The position numbers and the translations under genes were made by a program. Shown here in pieces: positions 24,700 to 37,628 of a stretch of DNA of 64,000 bases (the first letter of the stretch is position 1; each line of letters opens with the position of its first letter). Source of the stretch: Squalus acanthias (taxonomy: Eukaryota). The DNA is taken from the NCBI GenBank assembly GCA_030390025.1, contig CM059433.1, positions 24,306,001 through 24,370,000 of the forward strand. Reading direction: 5' to 3'. The notes under the pieces are model-generated. The model was given only the letters and a program-made list of their open reading frames with translations, was not told the DNA's origin and searched no databases.

Positions 24700-25760
24700 T
24701 GAGGATTAGCATGTAAATAAGGAAAAGTGGAGAGCCAAGGATCGAACCTCAGGGTACACCAGAGGTCACTATGCGAGGCTAGGAGGAGAAACTATTGCTG
24801 GAGATGCACTGACTATGCCGAGATAGGTGAGAGTGGAACTAAGAGAGGGCAATCTCAAGGAAGTAGACCAGGGAGGCAAGGCAGTGGTGGAAGGTGGAAT
24901 AGTCGATTGTGTCGAATGTACTGGAGAGGTCGAGGAGGAGCAAGATGGATAATGCACAACTCACATAGTCACAGAGGATGCAACCAGAGACTTTGACTAG
25001 GACAGTCTTGGTATAAGGATTGTGGCAGAAGCCAGATTGACTAATTCTGAACGGGACTTTGGGAGAGGTTAGCACAGAGTTGGGTGGCAATGATGCATTT
25101 AAGGAAACAGAGGTTAGGCATGTAACAGCAGTTGGAGAGGACAAAGGGATTGAGGGTAATGTTTTGGAGGAGGGGATTGATGACAGCAGATTTGAAGAGG
25201 AGAGAAACAGTGCCTGTGCTAAGGGAGCTGTTTATGATGTCAGTGATGACTGGGGCAAGATGGAGTAGTTGAGTGGTCAGGAGTTGGTAGGGAGAGTTTT
25301 GAAGGAACAGAAGATAGCTCTCTTGGGGTAAATGAACTTGGTGAGAAGGTGAAGAATGATATGGAATTGGCATTTAGGTGGAGAAGAAGCTGGAGGGCAT
25401 AATGATGGACACTTGGCATCAGAGGTGAGGATGGAGGAAGCACTTGGTTGTTGAGAAAAAGGAGTCTGGGATTTGCCTTCCCCTTAAGGCAAATGCTAGA
25501 GTCGTAAGAAGATTTGGGCATTGAGAGATAGATGTATTATTGCTTAACATGGTCAAGACAGATCTGGTGATGAGCGACCACGTTGGTTATGAATCAAATG
25601 CAGTGCTTGGAGTTGAGGGTCCAGAGATGAAGCTTGTACCAGGAGAATGGTGGGGGTGCTATGAGTGGCTTGGAGGGATGAGGGCATCAAAAGCAAACCA
25701 AGGTAGTTCAATAGCATCAGAAATATTAACGCCATCACCAGTATTAACACCCCAAGTATA
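24700..25760 (-). mobile_element. Degenerate L2 LINE fragment
   Basis: QSGF...LLDLSSTFDTIDYS and DIINSSLSTGTVSLLFKSAVINPLL are L2 RT-region motifs. Confidence 0.8.
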
Positions 25761-26054
25761 ACTTTACGTCCTGCTCCTCTCCTAACATTAAGGTAAGATG
25801 TGCATGCAAATGCAACTCCCTTACCTCATATTGGAAATACCACCTGCTACTTTTCTAATATTTTCCCCAGTGACATACACAACAACAGCCACAAGTCAGT
25901 ACAACTGCCCAGCGTACATTTGCACATTTAAAATCACCAGAGAGATAATATTACATTTCAGTGGCTGAAGTGGTATTCCTGTTGGAACAAATTCAGATTT
26001 AGATCCACTGCTGCCTACATAAGGTAAACACATCCATTGTGTTTGTAAATATAT

Positions 26055-26528
26055 AGTAAAACTTTAAATACATTTTTTTTAATCACATTTTTAAAATGAC
26101 TTGAAATTACAATAAATTAAGTATTTTAAACAAAAATTTAATTTTTTGAAAAAAATAATTAAAGTTTTTTACAGGGCTAAAAATAAACTTACATTTTTTT
26201 AAAGTACTTTTAAATGATACATCAGTGAAATTTTTTTAAAACTTTTTTTCAACTCTTATCCTGGTAAAAGTAGGCCTTACACCTGCCTTTACCAGGTGTA
26301 AGAATTGTAAGGGTTTTCTGCAGGCGGAGGGTCTCCAAAAAGCAGAACTATCCGCCTGCAGAGGCCCTTCTCCAGGGCAGCCGGAGGATCTGTCAAGACC
26401 ATTCTTGACAGATCGGAAATGCCGGTTTTCAGCGCATGCGCTGTGCATGCCTGAAACCGGCATTTCTGATGTCCCTACGGGTGGGTACACAGCGCGTACC
26501 CACCCGTAGGGATCGGAATATCTGGGCC
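26055..26528. mobile_element. Partial inverted copy of the 23351-24103 MITE
   Basis: Reverse complement aligns closely with 23351-23830; retains the GAATATCTGGGCC terminus. Confidence 0.85.
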
Positions 26529-26589
26529 ATAGTGTTTTGTCACTGATATAATACAGCTCCCATAGCACCACAAATTACAGTATGGAGTG

Positions 26590-27930
26590 GTAAACTTACC
26601 TGCATTCTACAGTCCTCCATTTCCATCTTACGACCATTATTCCAAGGCCATGAGGTCATTGCTCTATCCTGCCCCAAATTTGATTGATTACTCAATCCCA
26701 GTTTCATTCTCCTAAACAAAGTTGCACTCAATTTATTCACCAATGAGATTGAACCTTTTCATCTCCATCTTATCACTACAAGCCTCCCCTACCCCACCAA
26801 ATCACCCAATCAAAACTGTTTCCAAAAGTTTTACTCCTGCCTGTGACCTGAAGCCTAACCACTGTTGACTTCAGACCCCTATCCTGTACCTTTACAAGCA
26901 CCTGTCCCCATCCTGAACTACAAAATGTTCCAAAACTACAGAGATACGTCTTCCTCTTTTTCATTTTGTTATAACTATTCTCAGGCAGATTTTCTTCATG
27001 TACATGCAGAAATGTTTGCAAAAATATTTTTGGGCTCTGATTCTGTTTTATTCCATCCTGCAAGTTGCTCACCAAGCTCATTTCCCCTAAGAGAAATATC
27101 TTCTTTTTGTTCAAAACTCTCCCTACCCAACTCCTGACCACTCAACTACTCCTTCTTGCCCCAGTCATCACTGACATTATAAACAGCTCCCTTAGCACAG
27201 GCACTGTTTCTCTCCTCTTCAAATCTGCTGTCATCAATCCCCTCCTCCAAAAAACTCAATCCCTCTGTCCTCTCCAACTGCCATTCGATGCCTAACCTCT
27301 GTTTCCTCTCCAAGTTCCTTAAATGCATCATTGCCACCCAACTCTGTGCTAACCTCTCCCAAAAGGGCGTCACGGTGGCATAGTGGTTAGCACTGTTGCC
27401 TCACAGCGCCAGAGACCCGGGTTCGAATCTGGCCTCGGGTGACTGTCTGTGTGGAGTTTGCACATTCTCCCCGTGTCTGCGTGGGTTTCCTCCGGGTGCT
27501 CCGGTTTCCTCCCACAGTCCAAAAATGTGCGGGTTAGGTTGATTTGGCTATGATAAATTGACCCTTAGTGTTAGGGGGGGATTAAATATGTGGGGTTACG
27601 GGGATAGGATGGGATATGTTAGGGGGAATTAAATACGTGGGGTTACGGGGATAGGGTGGGATATGTGTCGGTGCAGGCTCGATGGGGATTCTGTGTGAGA
27701 AAGCAGGGACAGGGTACTGGATTTGGATGATCAGCCATGATCGTATTGAATGGTGGAGCAGGCTCGATGGGCCGAATGGCCTACTCCTGCTCCTAGTTTC
27801 TATGTTTCTATGTTTCTAAAATCCCTTTAGGAATTCTTCAATCTGGCTTCTGCCACAAACATTATACCAAGACTGTCCTAGTCAAAGTCTCCAGTTACAT
27901 CCTCTGTGACTATGACAGTTATGCATTGCT
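26590..27930 (+). mobile_element. Degenerate L2 fragment interrupted by a V-SINE
   Basis: LAPVITDIINSSLSTGTVSLLFKSAVINPLLQ in ORF 27065-27295; continues after the SINE at 27822. Confidence 0.75.
27365..27817 (+). mobile_element. V-SINE (HE1-like), full length
   Basis: tRNA head (TGGCATAGTGG A box, GGTTCGAATC B box); V-domain gtggagtttgcacattctccccgtgtctgcgtgggtttcctccgggtgctccggtttcctccc; CR1-derived tail ending (TTTCTATG)n; AAAA on both flanks. Confidence 0.9.
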
Positions 27931-29119
27931 TCATGTCACTTAGCATTTCCCATCTGAGATGGCAAGAAGGCAAAATGCATGCTGCCAGACCGTCGCTTAT
28001 ACCTAGTTACCAGAAGCTTAGCGATAGTGACACACGATTTGCCCTCTTAATTGCCACCTGTCTCCGCCGTTAGTGCCTCACTTCTATTCTCTGCCTCCTG
28101 GTCAGAACCATGAAGCACAAGATCCTGCGTGAAGGAATCACAGGTATGAACTCTTATCCGCTAGCTTCATCATGCCGTGTGTTAATGCCGCAACAGTCTG
28201 TAACCACCAAGTGATCAGAAACATGCATGTTTTAAAAAGGATGCAAAGTACGGGGTTATTTCAGCTGGTACTGACACTTGGAATGAATTCTAGATCTCCA
28301 CAGTTTCCGGAAGGCTTGCAGTGATATATTGATCCTGCAAATGAAAGGTTTGCCAGGCAGTGAAAGAAGCAAACACCAATGGAACATACCTCAGTTCACT
28401 GGAGCATTGATTATAATCAGTGAAACGAGAAGTCTTCAATTACTCATCTTTGTTGTTGCTGAGTACACGCTCAAATTTTTTAGCTGCACTATGCAAATCC
28501 AATGCGTCCAATGTATAAAGACTTGCAAAAAGCGATGTGGCAAAGCTGTGTTACAGTTCATTACTTGTGTCCACACAATGAGTATTTGTCGAGGTTTTGT
28601 TCCAGCTTAATTCCTCTGACGGTGTGACTCCTAAGAGAGTTGGGTGCACATAATTAGAATTTAGAGTTTCCATGATGTTTTACTTTTTTGAAAACAATAA
28701 ACATCCAACTGAATCGAGCTGTAAATACCAGCTACATGCATCAGGTGACAAACGGTAGTTGGTCATTAAAGCCAATCTGAAATCGAGATGATCTTTTCAT
28801 TTAAATGTTTCAGGTGACAAAATTAAATTAAAATATCATCTAGATTTCAGATTGGCTTTATTTTCATGAGAGTAACAACGCTACTGTAAAAACACAGCGC
28901 AGAGAAAAATTATAAAAGCTACAAATGCTGGAAATTGTAAATAAACGTTTAAAATGTTCGAAATACACAGAAGGCCCATCAACATCTAAAAAGAGAAAAG
29001 ATAGGAACAGTTCTAGTGAGCATACTTTGTCAAACTGTACAAAACCCAGTTCTCTATTGTAAACAACAACAGAACATAAGAATAAAGTGTTAATCAGAAA
29101 AAGCAGGTACATAGGGAAT

Positions 29120-31648
29120 AGAAAGTCATATATTCAAATTTGCCGATGACACAAAGATAGGTGGCATTGTAGGCAGTGTAGATGAAAGCATAAAATTACA
29201 AAGGGATATTGATAGATTAAGTGAATGGGCAAAACTGTGGCTAATGGATTTCAATGTAAGCAAATGTGTGGTCATCCACTTTGGACCTAAAAAGGATAAA
29301 AAAATAGTGCTGGAGAAATTAATGGGGCTGAAAGCTGATAAATCACCAGGGCCTGATAACCTGCATCCCAGAGTACTAAAAGAGGTAGCCATGGAAATAG
29401 TGGATGCATTGGTTGTCATCTTCCAAAATTCTATAGATTATGGAACAGTTCCTGCAGATTGGAGGGTGGAAAATATAAACCCACTATTTAAAAAAGGAGG
29501 GAGAGAGAAAACAGGGAACTACAGATCGGTTAGCCTAACATCTGTAGCAGGGAAAATGCTAAAGTCTATTATAAAGGAGGTGATAACAGGACACTTAGAA
29601 AATATCAACGGGATTAGACAAAGTCAACATGGATTTATGAACGGGAAATCGTGTTTGACAAACCTACTGGAGTTTTTTGAGGATGTAACTGGTAGAATAG
29701 ATAAGGGAGAACCAGTGGATGTGGTGTATTTGGATTTTCAGAAGGCCTTTGATAAAGTCCTACATAAGAGGTTAGTGTGCAAAATTAAAGCACATGGGAT
29801 TGGGGGTAATATACTGGCATGGATTCAAAATTGGTTAACAGACAGGAAACAGAGAGTAGGAATAAATGGGTCTTTTTCGGGGTGGCAGGCGGTGACTAGA
29901 GGGGTACCGCAGGGATCAGTGCTTGGGCCCCAGCTATTCACAATATATATCAATGATTTGGATGAGGGAACCAAATGTAATATTTCCAAGTTTGCTTACG
30001 ACACGAAACTAGGTGGGATTGTGAGTTGTGAGGAGGATGCAAAGAGGCTTCAAGGCGATTTAGACAAGTTGAGTGAGTGGGCAAAAACATGGCAGATACA
30101 GTATAATGTGGATAAATGTGAAGTTATCCACTTCAGTAGGAAAAACAGAAAGGTAGAGTATTATTTAAATGTTGATGTACAAAGGGACCTGGGTGTCCTT
30201 GTACACCAGTCACTGAAAGCAAACATGCAGGTGCAGCAAGCAGTTAGGAAGGCTAATGGTATGTTGGCCTTCATTGCAAGAGGATTTGAGTACAGGAGCA
30301 AGGATGTACAGGGCCTTGGTGAGACCACACCTGGAGTACTGTGTGCAGTTTTAGTCTCCTTACCTAAGAAAGGATATACTTGCCATAGAGGGAGTGCAGC
30401 GAAGGTTCACCAGACTGATTCCTGGGATGGCAGGACTGTCATATGAGGAGAGAATAGGTTGACTAGGCCTATATCCACTAGAGTTTAGAAGAATGAGAGG
30501 GGATCTCATTGAAACGTATAAAATTCTGACAGGGCTAGACAGAGTGAATGCAGGGAGGATGTTTCCCCTGGCTGGGGGGTCTAGAACGAGGGGTCACAGT
30601 CTCAGGATACGGGGTAGGACATTTAGGACTGAGATGAGGAGAAATTTCTTCACTCAGAGGGTGGTGAACCTGTGGAATTCTCTACCACAGAAGGCTGTGG
30701 AGGCCAAGTCACTGAATATATTTACGAAGGAGATAGATAGATTTCTAGGCACAAAAGGCATCAAGGGGTATGGGGAGAGAGCGGGAATATGTTATTGAGA
30801 TAGAGGATCAGCCATGATCATATTGAATGGCGGAGCAGGCTTGAAGGGCCGAATGGCCTACTCCTGCTCTATTTTTCTATGTTTTTATGTTTCTGTGATA
30901 GAATAGGGTACTTTCTAAATGGTGAAAAGCTAAAAACAGTGGAGGTCCAAAGAGACTTGGGGATCCAGGTACATAGAACATTAAAATGTCATGAACAGGT
31001 TATAGAAAATAATCAAAAAGGCTAATGGAATGCTGGCCTTTATATCTAGAGGGCTAGAATACATGGGGATAAAAGTTATGCTGCAGCTATACAAAGCCCT
31101 GGTTAGACCACACCTGGAGCACTGTGAGCAGTTCTGGGCACCACACCTTAGGAAGGATATCTTGGCCTTGGAGGGAGTGCAGCGTAGGTTTACCAGAATG
31201 ATACCCAGACTTCAAGGGTTAAATTACGAGGAGAGATTACACAAATTAGGATTGTATTCCCTAGAATTTAGATCTGATCGAAGTTTTCCAGATATTAAGG
31301 GGAACAGATAGGGTAGATAGAGAGAAACTATTTCTACTGGTTGGGGATTCTAGAATAGGGGCATAGTCTAAAAATTAGAGCCAGACCTTTCAGGAGTGAA
31401 ATTAGGAAACACTTCTAGACACAAAGGGTGGGAGAAGTTTGCAACTCTCTACCGCAAACATCAATTGATGCTAGATCAATTGTTAATTTTAAATCGGAGA
31501 TTGATAGCTTTTTGTTAACTAAAGGTATTCATGGATATGGGCCAAAAGCAGGTATATGGAGTTAGGTCACAGATCAGCCATGATCTCATTGAATGGCGGA
31601 GCAGGCTCGAGGAGCTGAATTGCCTCCTCCTGTTCCTATGTTCCTAAA
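29120..31648 (+). mobile_element. CR1 3' fragment (29120-29298 plus 30897-31648) split by a younger CR1 insertion
   Basis: KFADDTK...HFGPKKD continues after the insertion as [12 protein letters not shown] and LVRPHLEHC; 3' tail ~31575-31648. Confidence 0.85.
29299..30896 (+). mobile_element. CR1 (HER1-like) LINE, 5'-truncated, well-preserved RT
   Basis: 400-aa ORF 29244-30446 with KSPGPD, YLDFQKAFDKV and GVPQGSVLGP; ORF 30493-30798; tail (TTTCTATG)n; possible GATA TSD. Confidence 0.92.
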
Positions 31649-31861
31649 CAGAGGTGCACATGTTAAACATAGTTCTGCTTATTACAGTCAAGGGGGGGAG
31701 GGGTCAGGTGAGGGGAAATTTAGAAATCTAAAGAGAAAGGTCAAGGCAATAGAGCAGTGTAGCGATTTGGGTAAAAATAAGCAGAGTGTGACAGGAAGGG
31801 ACAGAGAGTTTAATGGTAGCAGTGCAGCAGAGAATAAGGTCAAAGCAGGGAATAATGGTAA

Positions 31862-34800
31862 TGTTGTGGCTGTCGCGAAGCACAAATTGAGGCCGAGTCA
31901 ATATGTGGAACACATGGCTTTTTAATACATCTCTTTGGCAAAATGGCTGCTAACATTTTTCTGCAAAACCCTGAGGCCACGCCCACTCCTTTTTTCATGC
32001 CTTAAAGGCAGCATGCGCCTTAAAGGCAAGGTGCCCGATTTATTGTCCACGGACGGAAAAGTGGATTGCGCCCGTTTAGGTGGCGATCCGCCACACAGCT
32101 CCCCCCAGAATCCGCTTAGGAGGTGTGGACGAGACGGTGCGGCGGTCTGATGGGCCGGCCGGAGTGGCTCTTGTAGGACGCCGGTGGACATGGAACGGCC
32201 GGGCGTGGAGCAGCCGGGTGAACCGGCTTGAGGGCAGGTCGGCCGCGTGGCGGTGGACGAGCTACAGGGACCTGCTCACCGGGCTCTGAGTGTGCTGGCT
32301 TGAGTCGGTCAACCGACACTTTTTCGGTCCTGTCGCCCACTTGCAGGGTGAAAAATTTGTCCCCAGCCTGTAGCACCTTGTAGGGCCCGTCGTACGGGGG
32401 TTGAAGGAGTCCGCGGTGGGCGTCGTGCTGGACGAAAACGAACCGTGCCTGGTGCAGGCTTAGTGGGACGTGTGAGGTGGATTCGCCGTGTCGGGCAATG
32501 GGCACCGGGGCGAACTGTAGCGCCGGTGAGGCGAAGTCGTGGCGTTGCTGGTCGGCTGACCAGGGTGTCGTGGCGGTGGGCAGGAACTCGCCAGGTACGC
32601 GCAGCGGCTGACCGTACACGAGCTCTGCTGCCGATGCGTGGAGGTCTTCTTTAATCGCGGTGCGCAGGCCGAGGAGGACCCACAGGAGTCGGTCGGTCCA
32701 GGCGCCGTCCTGGAGGCTGGCTCGAAGAGATGCCTTCAAGGATCTGTGGAACCGCTCACACAGTCCGTTGGCTTGGGGGTGGTACGCTGTGGTGCGGTGA
32801 ATGGTCATCCCGAGATTGCGTGCGACGGCGGTCCAGAGTTCAGAGGTAAATTGCGGACCTCTGCCCGACGTCATGTCGGAGGGGACTCCGAACCGTGCGA
32901 CCCAAGTGCTGATGAAGGCTCTGGCGATGTCGGCGGTGGTGGTAGAGGTCAGTGGAATTGCCTCGGGCCAGCGCGTGGTGCGGTCAACGATCGTCAGCAA
33001 GTGCGTGTGGCCTTGCGACGGCGGCAGGGGCCCGACGATGTCCACGTGGCTGTGGTCGAATCTACGCGAAGGGACGGTAAACTCCTCGAGGGGTGCTTTT
33101 GTGTGTTGCTGCACCTTGGCCCGTTGGCAGACTAGGCAGGAGTTGGCCCAAGTACGCACATCCTTGCGAAGGCCGCGCCAGACAAAGCGGTTGGCTACCA
33201 ATTTGATGGATGCGCGGGCGGCGGGGTGGGAGAGGTTGTGGAGAATCTCGAATACCCGGCGGCGCCAGGACGCTGGGACGACGGGCCGAGGTTGACATAG
33301 GGATATGTCGCACTTGACCATGACTGCGGTCGGGCCACAGGCGACGTCGGCCAGGCATAGCCCTGGTAGGTTGGTCGGTGCGGAGAGCAGATCAGGGTCG
33401 GTGATCTGGTCTGCTGCGAGTTGAGCGCTAGTCGACTGCCAGGTGTGCGGCGTGGATGGCGGGGCGGGAGAGGCAGTCGGCTACCACATTGTCTCGGCCG
33501 GAGACGTGTTGGATGTCCGTGGTGAACTCGGACACTGCCGCGAGCTGGCGCTGCTGCCTGGCGGACCAGGGGTCAGTTGTCTTTGCCATTGCGAATGTCA
33601 GGGGTTTGTGGTCGACAAACGCAGTGAAGGGGTGGCCCTCCAGCAAAAACCGAAAATGGCGGACCGCCAGGAACAGCGCGAGGAGCTCGTGGTCGAAGGT
33701 GCTGTACTTGACCTCCGGGGGGCGTAGTTGGCGGCTGAAGAAGGCAAGTGGTAGCCAGGCGCCGTCGACCCACTGCTCATACACGGTGCCGACCGCGTGG
33801 TCGGAGGTGTCCGTGGTGAGCGCTACCCTGGCATTGGGCCGTGGGTGCGCGAGCAGGGTGGCGTTGGCGAGTGGGGTCTTGGTGGAGTCGAAGGCGACTG
33901 ACGCGTCTGCCGTCCATTCGACCGCCATCTTGCCGCTCCTGCCCCGGAGGGCTTCATACAGGGGCCTCATGAGGGACGCCGCTTTGGGGATGAAGCGGTT
34001 GTAGAAATTCACCATCCCGAGGAACTCCTGGTGGCCTTTGATGGTGGTGGGGCGGGGAAATTGTTGGACGGCCTGCACCTTGGTGGGCAGGGCAATGGCC
34101 CCAGCATGGGTGATGTGGTGGCCGAGGAAGTCGATCTTGTCCAGGCCGAACTGGCATTTGGCTGGGCTGAGGATGAGCCCGTGGTCGCTGAGGCGCCCGA
34201 ACAAAGATGCGAAGGTGTTCGAGGTGTTCCTGCTTGGAGGAACTGGCTACCAGGATGTCGTCCAGGTAGACGAACAGGAACTTCAGGTCCCGAAGGACCG
34301 AGTCCATGAGCCGTTGGAATGCCTGGGCCGCGTTTTTGAGGCCGAAGGGCATCCGCAGGAACTTGAAAAGGCCGAAGGGGGTGATTACGGCCGTCTTGGG
34401 GACGTCCGCGGGGTGGACGGGGACTTGGTGGTAGCCGCGCACCAGGTCGACCTTGGAAAAGACTGAGCGGCCGGCCAGTCTAGCCGAGAAGTCCTGGATG
34501 TGCGGCACGGGGTACCGATCAGGGGTGGTGGCGTCGTTGAGGCGGCGGTAATCCCCGCAGGGGCGCCAACCCCCGCCTGGTTTGGGGGCGATGTGGAGTG
34601 GGGCGGCCCAGGGACTGTTGGAGCGGTGGATGATGCCGAGCTGTTCCATGGTGGCAAACTCGGTCCGCGCGATCTCCAGTTTGGCCGGGTCCAGCCTGCG
34701 GGCGTGGGCGTACACTGGGGGGCCTGTGGTGGGGATGAAGTGCTCCACCCCGTGTTTGGCGGCCTCCGCGGAGAAAGTCGGATTGGTAAGGGCCAGGAAT

Positions 34801-36197
34801 TCGGCCAGAAGTGCCGAGTAGTCATCCATGGCCCGGGCATGGCACTGTGACGCCATGTCGGCGGGTTGACGGGGGGCCATGGTGCCCAGGATGGGGGACA
34901 TGGTGTTCATGTCCACGAGGCGGTGTCGAGAGATGTCTACCAGTAGGCCGTGGGCGCACAGGAAATCTGCGCTGATGAGAGGGGAGAGCAGTGATGAACT
35001 CCCATCAGTAGCGGCGACCAGCGAGGTCGAGGGTGACTGTGCGGGTGCCGTACGTCCGGATGTCCGAGCCGTTAGCAGCAGCCAGCGCCGGTCCTCGTTT
35101 GCCCTTTTCGATGTCGAGGGCGGAGGCCAGGATGATGCTGTGCTGAGCTCCAGTGTCGCACAGGAAGCGGCGACCGGTTTTGTCATCCGTGACATACAGC
35201 AGAGAGCCCGCGTGGCCCACGGCCATTGCGGGGGCTGGTACGGGGGCGGACTTGAAAGAGCAGGGAAGTGTGCACCGTTTTGCCCTGGCGCCGAACCGTG
35301 CGTGGTAGTAACAGTGGCCCGGGTTAGTGGGGCGCGAAGGCCCCGTGAGCCCGGTGGCTGGGCCTTGTGGCCGCGTGCTGGCCGGTGAGGGGCGCACCCA
35401 GGCATTAGCTGCAAGGTCCGGAGTGACGTCGCGGCTGGAGTGAGCGGACAGCAGCTTGTCAGCCTCATCGGCCAGGGCTTCCAGGTCCGTGAGGCCGGAC
35501 GCCACAATCGCTGGGCGGATGCTAAGAGGTAGCTGGTGGATGAACAGCGTGCGGAAGAGGGATCCGGGTGGGCTCTCGTCGGTGAGGGAGAGCATGTGGG
35601 AGAGGAGGTCTGACAGGTGAGGCATCACCGAGGCCTGGAAGGTCGAGGATGTTGCAGTTTCGCTGGAATGTCGAGGCCGTAAATTTTTTAAGGAGCGCGG
35701 CCTTAAGATGTGCATACTTGCCCTCCTCTGGTGGGTTCTGCAGCGCTGTCCAGACCTTCATAACTGTGGAGCTACCGAGTGATGTGACGAGGTAGTCGTA
35801 CTTCGTCCCATCTGTGGTGATGTGTCGCAGCCGGAATCGGGACTCGGCTTAGAAGAACCAGGCTTCGGGCTGGTTTTCCCAAAACTCCGGCAGTTTCACG
35901 GAAACTGCGTTCGTGTCCGCCATTGCAGTGCTCGGAATACGTTCTGAGCGTCGGGGTCACCAATGTTGTGGCTGCCGCGAAGCATGAATTGAGGCCGAGT
36001 CAATTTGTGGAACACATGGCTTTTTAATACATCTCCTTGGCAAAATGGCTGCTAACATTTTTCTGCAAAACCCTGAGGCCACGGCCACTCCTTTTTTCAT
36101 GCCTTAAAGGCAGCATGCGCCTTAAAGGCAAGGTGCCCGATTTATTGTCCACGGACGGAAAAGTGGATTGCGCCCGTTTAGGTGGTGATCCGCCACA
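31862..36197 (-). mobile_element. Ty3/Gypsy LTR retrotransposon, CsRN1-like lineage, near full length, defective
   Basis: 234-bp LTRs (31862-32095, 35964-36197, TG...CA, ~7 differences); TSD GTAA; PBS TGGTGACCCCGACG (tRNA-Trp type) at 35962-35949; PPT next to 32096; order gag-PR-RT-RH-IN. Confidence 0.96.
32116..35923 (-). pseudogene. Gypsy gag-pol, disrupted
   Basis: MADTNAVSVKLPEFW from 35923 with a premature TAA at 35851-35849; Gag CYYHARFGARAKRCTLPC; protease LCDTGA; RT YLDD; RNase H (ORF 33428-34204); integrase HHCC and DDE with the second Asp as Gly (SGRG); several frameshifts. Confidence 0.93.
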
Positions 36198-36897
36198 GTA
36201 AAAAATTTAAATTAAAGGCTATTTATCTGAATGCACAAGCATTCGTAACAAGATAGACGAACTAGTGGCACAAATAGAGATAAATGGGTTTGATCTAATA
36301 GCCATTACAGAGACGTGGTTGCAAGGTGGCCAAGGTTGGGAACTGAATGTTCCAGGGTACTTGACGTTTCGGAAAGACAGGCAGAATGGAAAAGGAGGGG
36401 GAGTAGCCCTGATAATAAAGGATGACATAAGGACAGTAGAGAGAAAGGATCTCGGCTCAGAAGATCAGGAAGTAGAATCAGTATGGGTGGAGATAAGGAA
36501 TAACAAGGGGCAGAAAACACTGGTAGCAATAGTATATAGGCCCCCTAACAGTAGCTATACCGTTGGACAGAATATTAATCAAGAAATAGTAGGAGCTTGC
36601 AACAAAGGTAATGCAATAATCGTGGGGGACTTTAATTTTCATATAGACTGGACAAATCAAATTGGCAAAGGTAGTCTGGAGGACGAGTTCATGGAATGCA
36701 TTCGGGACAGTTTCCTAGAACAATATGTCATGGAACCAACCAGGGAACAGCCTATTTTAGATCTTGTACTGTGTAATGAGACAGGGTTAATTAGTAATCT
36801 CATAGTAAAGGATCCTCCGGGGCAGAGTGATCATAATATGATAGAATTTCACATTAATTTTGAGAGTGACTTGCCTAAGTCCAAAACTAGAGTCTTA

Positions 36898-37628
36898 GGG
36901 GGAAAAATTCAGTTGCTTTGCGCCTCCCGTTAGCGCCCTAAGAGGGCGCTAATGGGGCGCAAATCAACTAGCGCCTGGGCGCGGCGCCGCCAGCACCGCC
37001 CGTGAAATTCAGTGGGAGGTTAGCGGCAGCAGTAACCGTTAGTGCCCCGTGGTGCTGCGCCGCCGGCGATGATGTCATTGCCATGCGCAGCGCCCCGTTC
37101 GCGCCCCGGCCGTGATCTTCGGTAGTGCCCCCTGACTTACCGCTAGACGCTATGTCCGACGGGGTCAGGGGGCCTACCTGCGGCCGGGGCAGCGCTAATT
37201 AAAGGCGAGGTGCCGGGCGGCCATTTTTGTTGCTGGCTGCCTGCCAGCACCTGCCCCCGTTGCCGTCCCCGGCCTCCTGAGCAGCCCCCCCGCAGAGTGC
37301 CGGCTGTGCTCCGTGAGCCTGGCACTTCTCTTGAGTGCCGGGCTCTTTTGCCGGCACTCCAATCCCTGGTGGCCCAGCTGGGCCCCGGGTCGTGCTGCGC
37401 TAGGCTCCTCCCCTTTAAGAAGGGGAGGAAGGCCTGCAGTACTGCGGCATGTAGCGCCGCGATATTCCCTCACAGCGCCCCAAGTGGGAGGCGGGGCACT
37501 TCCAGTAGCGCCCCGCTTCCCTTTTGGGGCGCTACCAATGAATTTTGGCCGCAGGGGCGCTAATTTTTTCGGGTTAGCGCCCCGACGAAGTTAACACTCC
37601 AAAGGGGGCGCGACTCAATTTTTCCCCC
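36898..37628. mobile_element. PIF/Harbinger-type MITE, 731 bp, TSD TTA
   Basis: Perfect 12-bp TIR GGGGGAAAAATT; TTA at 36895-36897 and 37629-37631. Excision restores the CR1 frame KTRVLNLNKANY. Confidence 0.92.

Noticed and set aside
27365..27440. tRNA genes here, at 39883-39950 and at 21660-21742
   Set aside because: These are heads of retroelements; no convincing complete cloverleaf was found.
32445..35388. Multiple plus-strand ORFs
   Set aside because: Antisense shadows of the GC-rich Gypsy gag-pol.
37143..37594. ORFs similar to those at 12687-13089, suggesting a duplicated gene
   Set aside because: The similarity reflects two copies of the same non-coding MITE.
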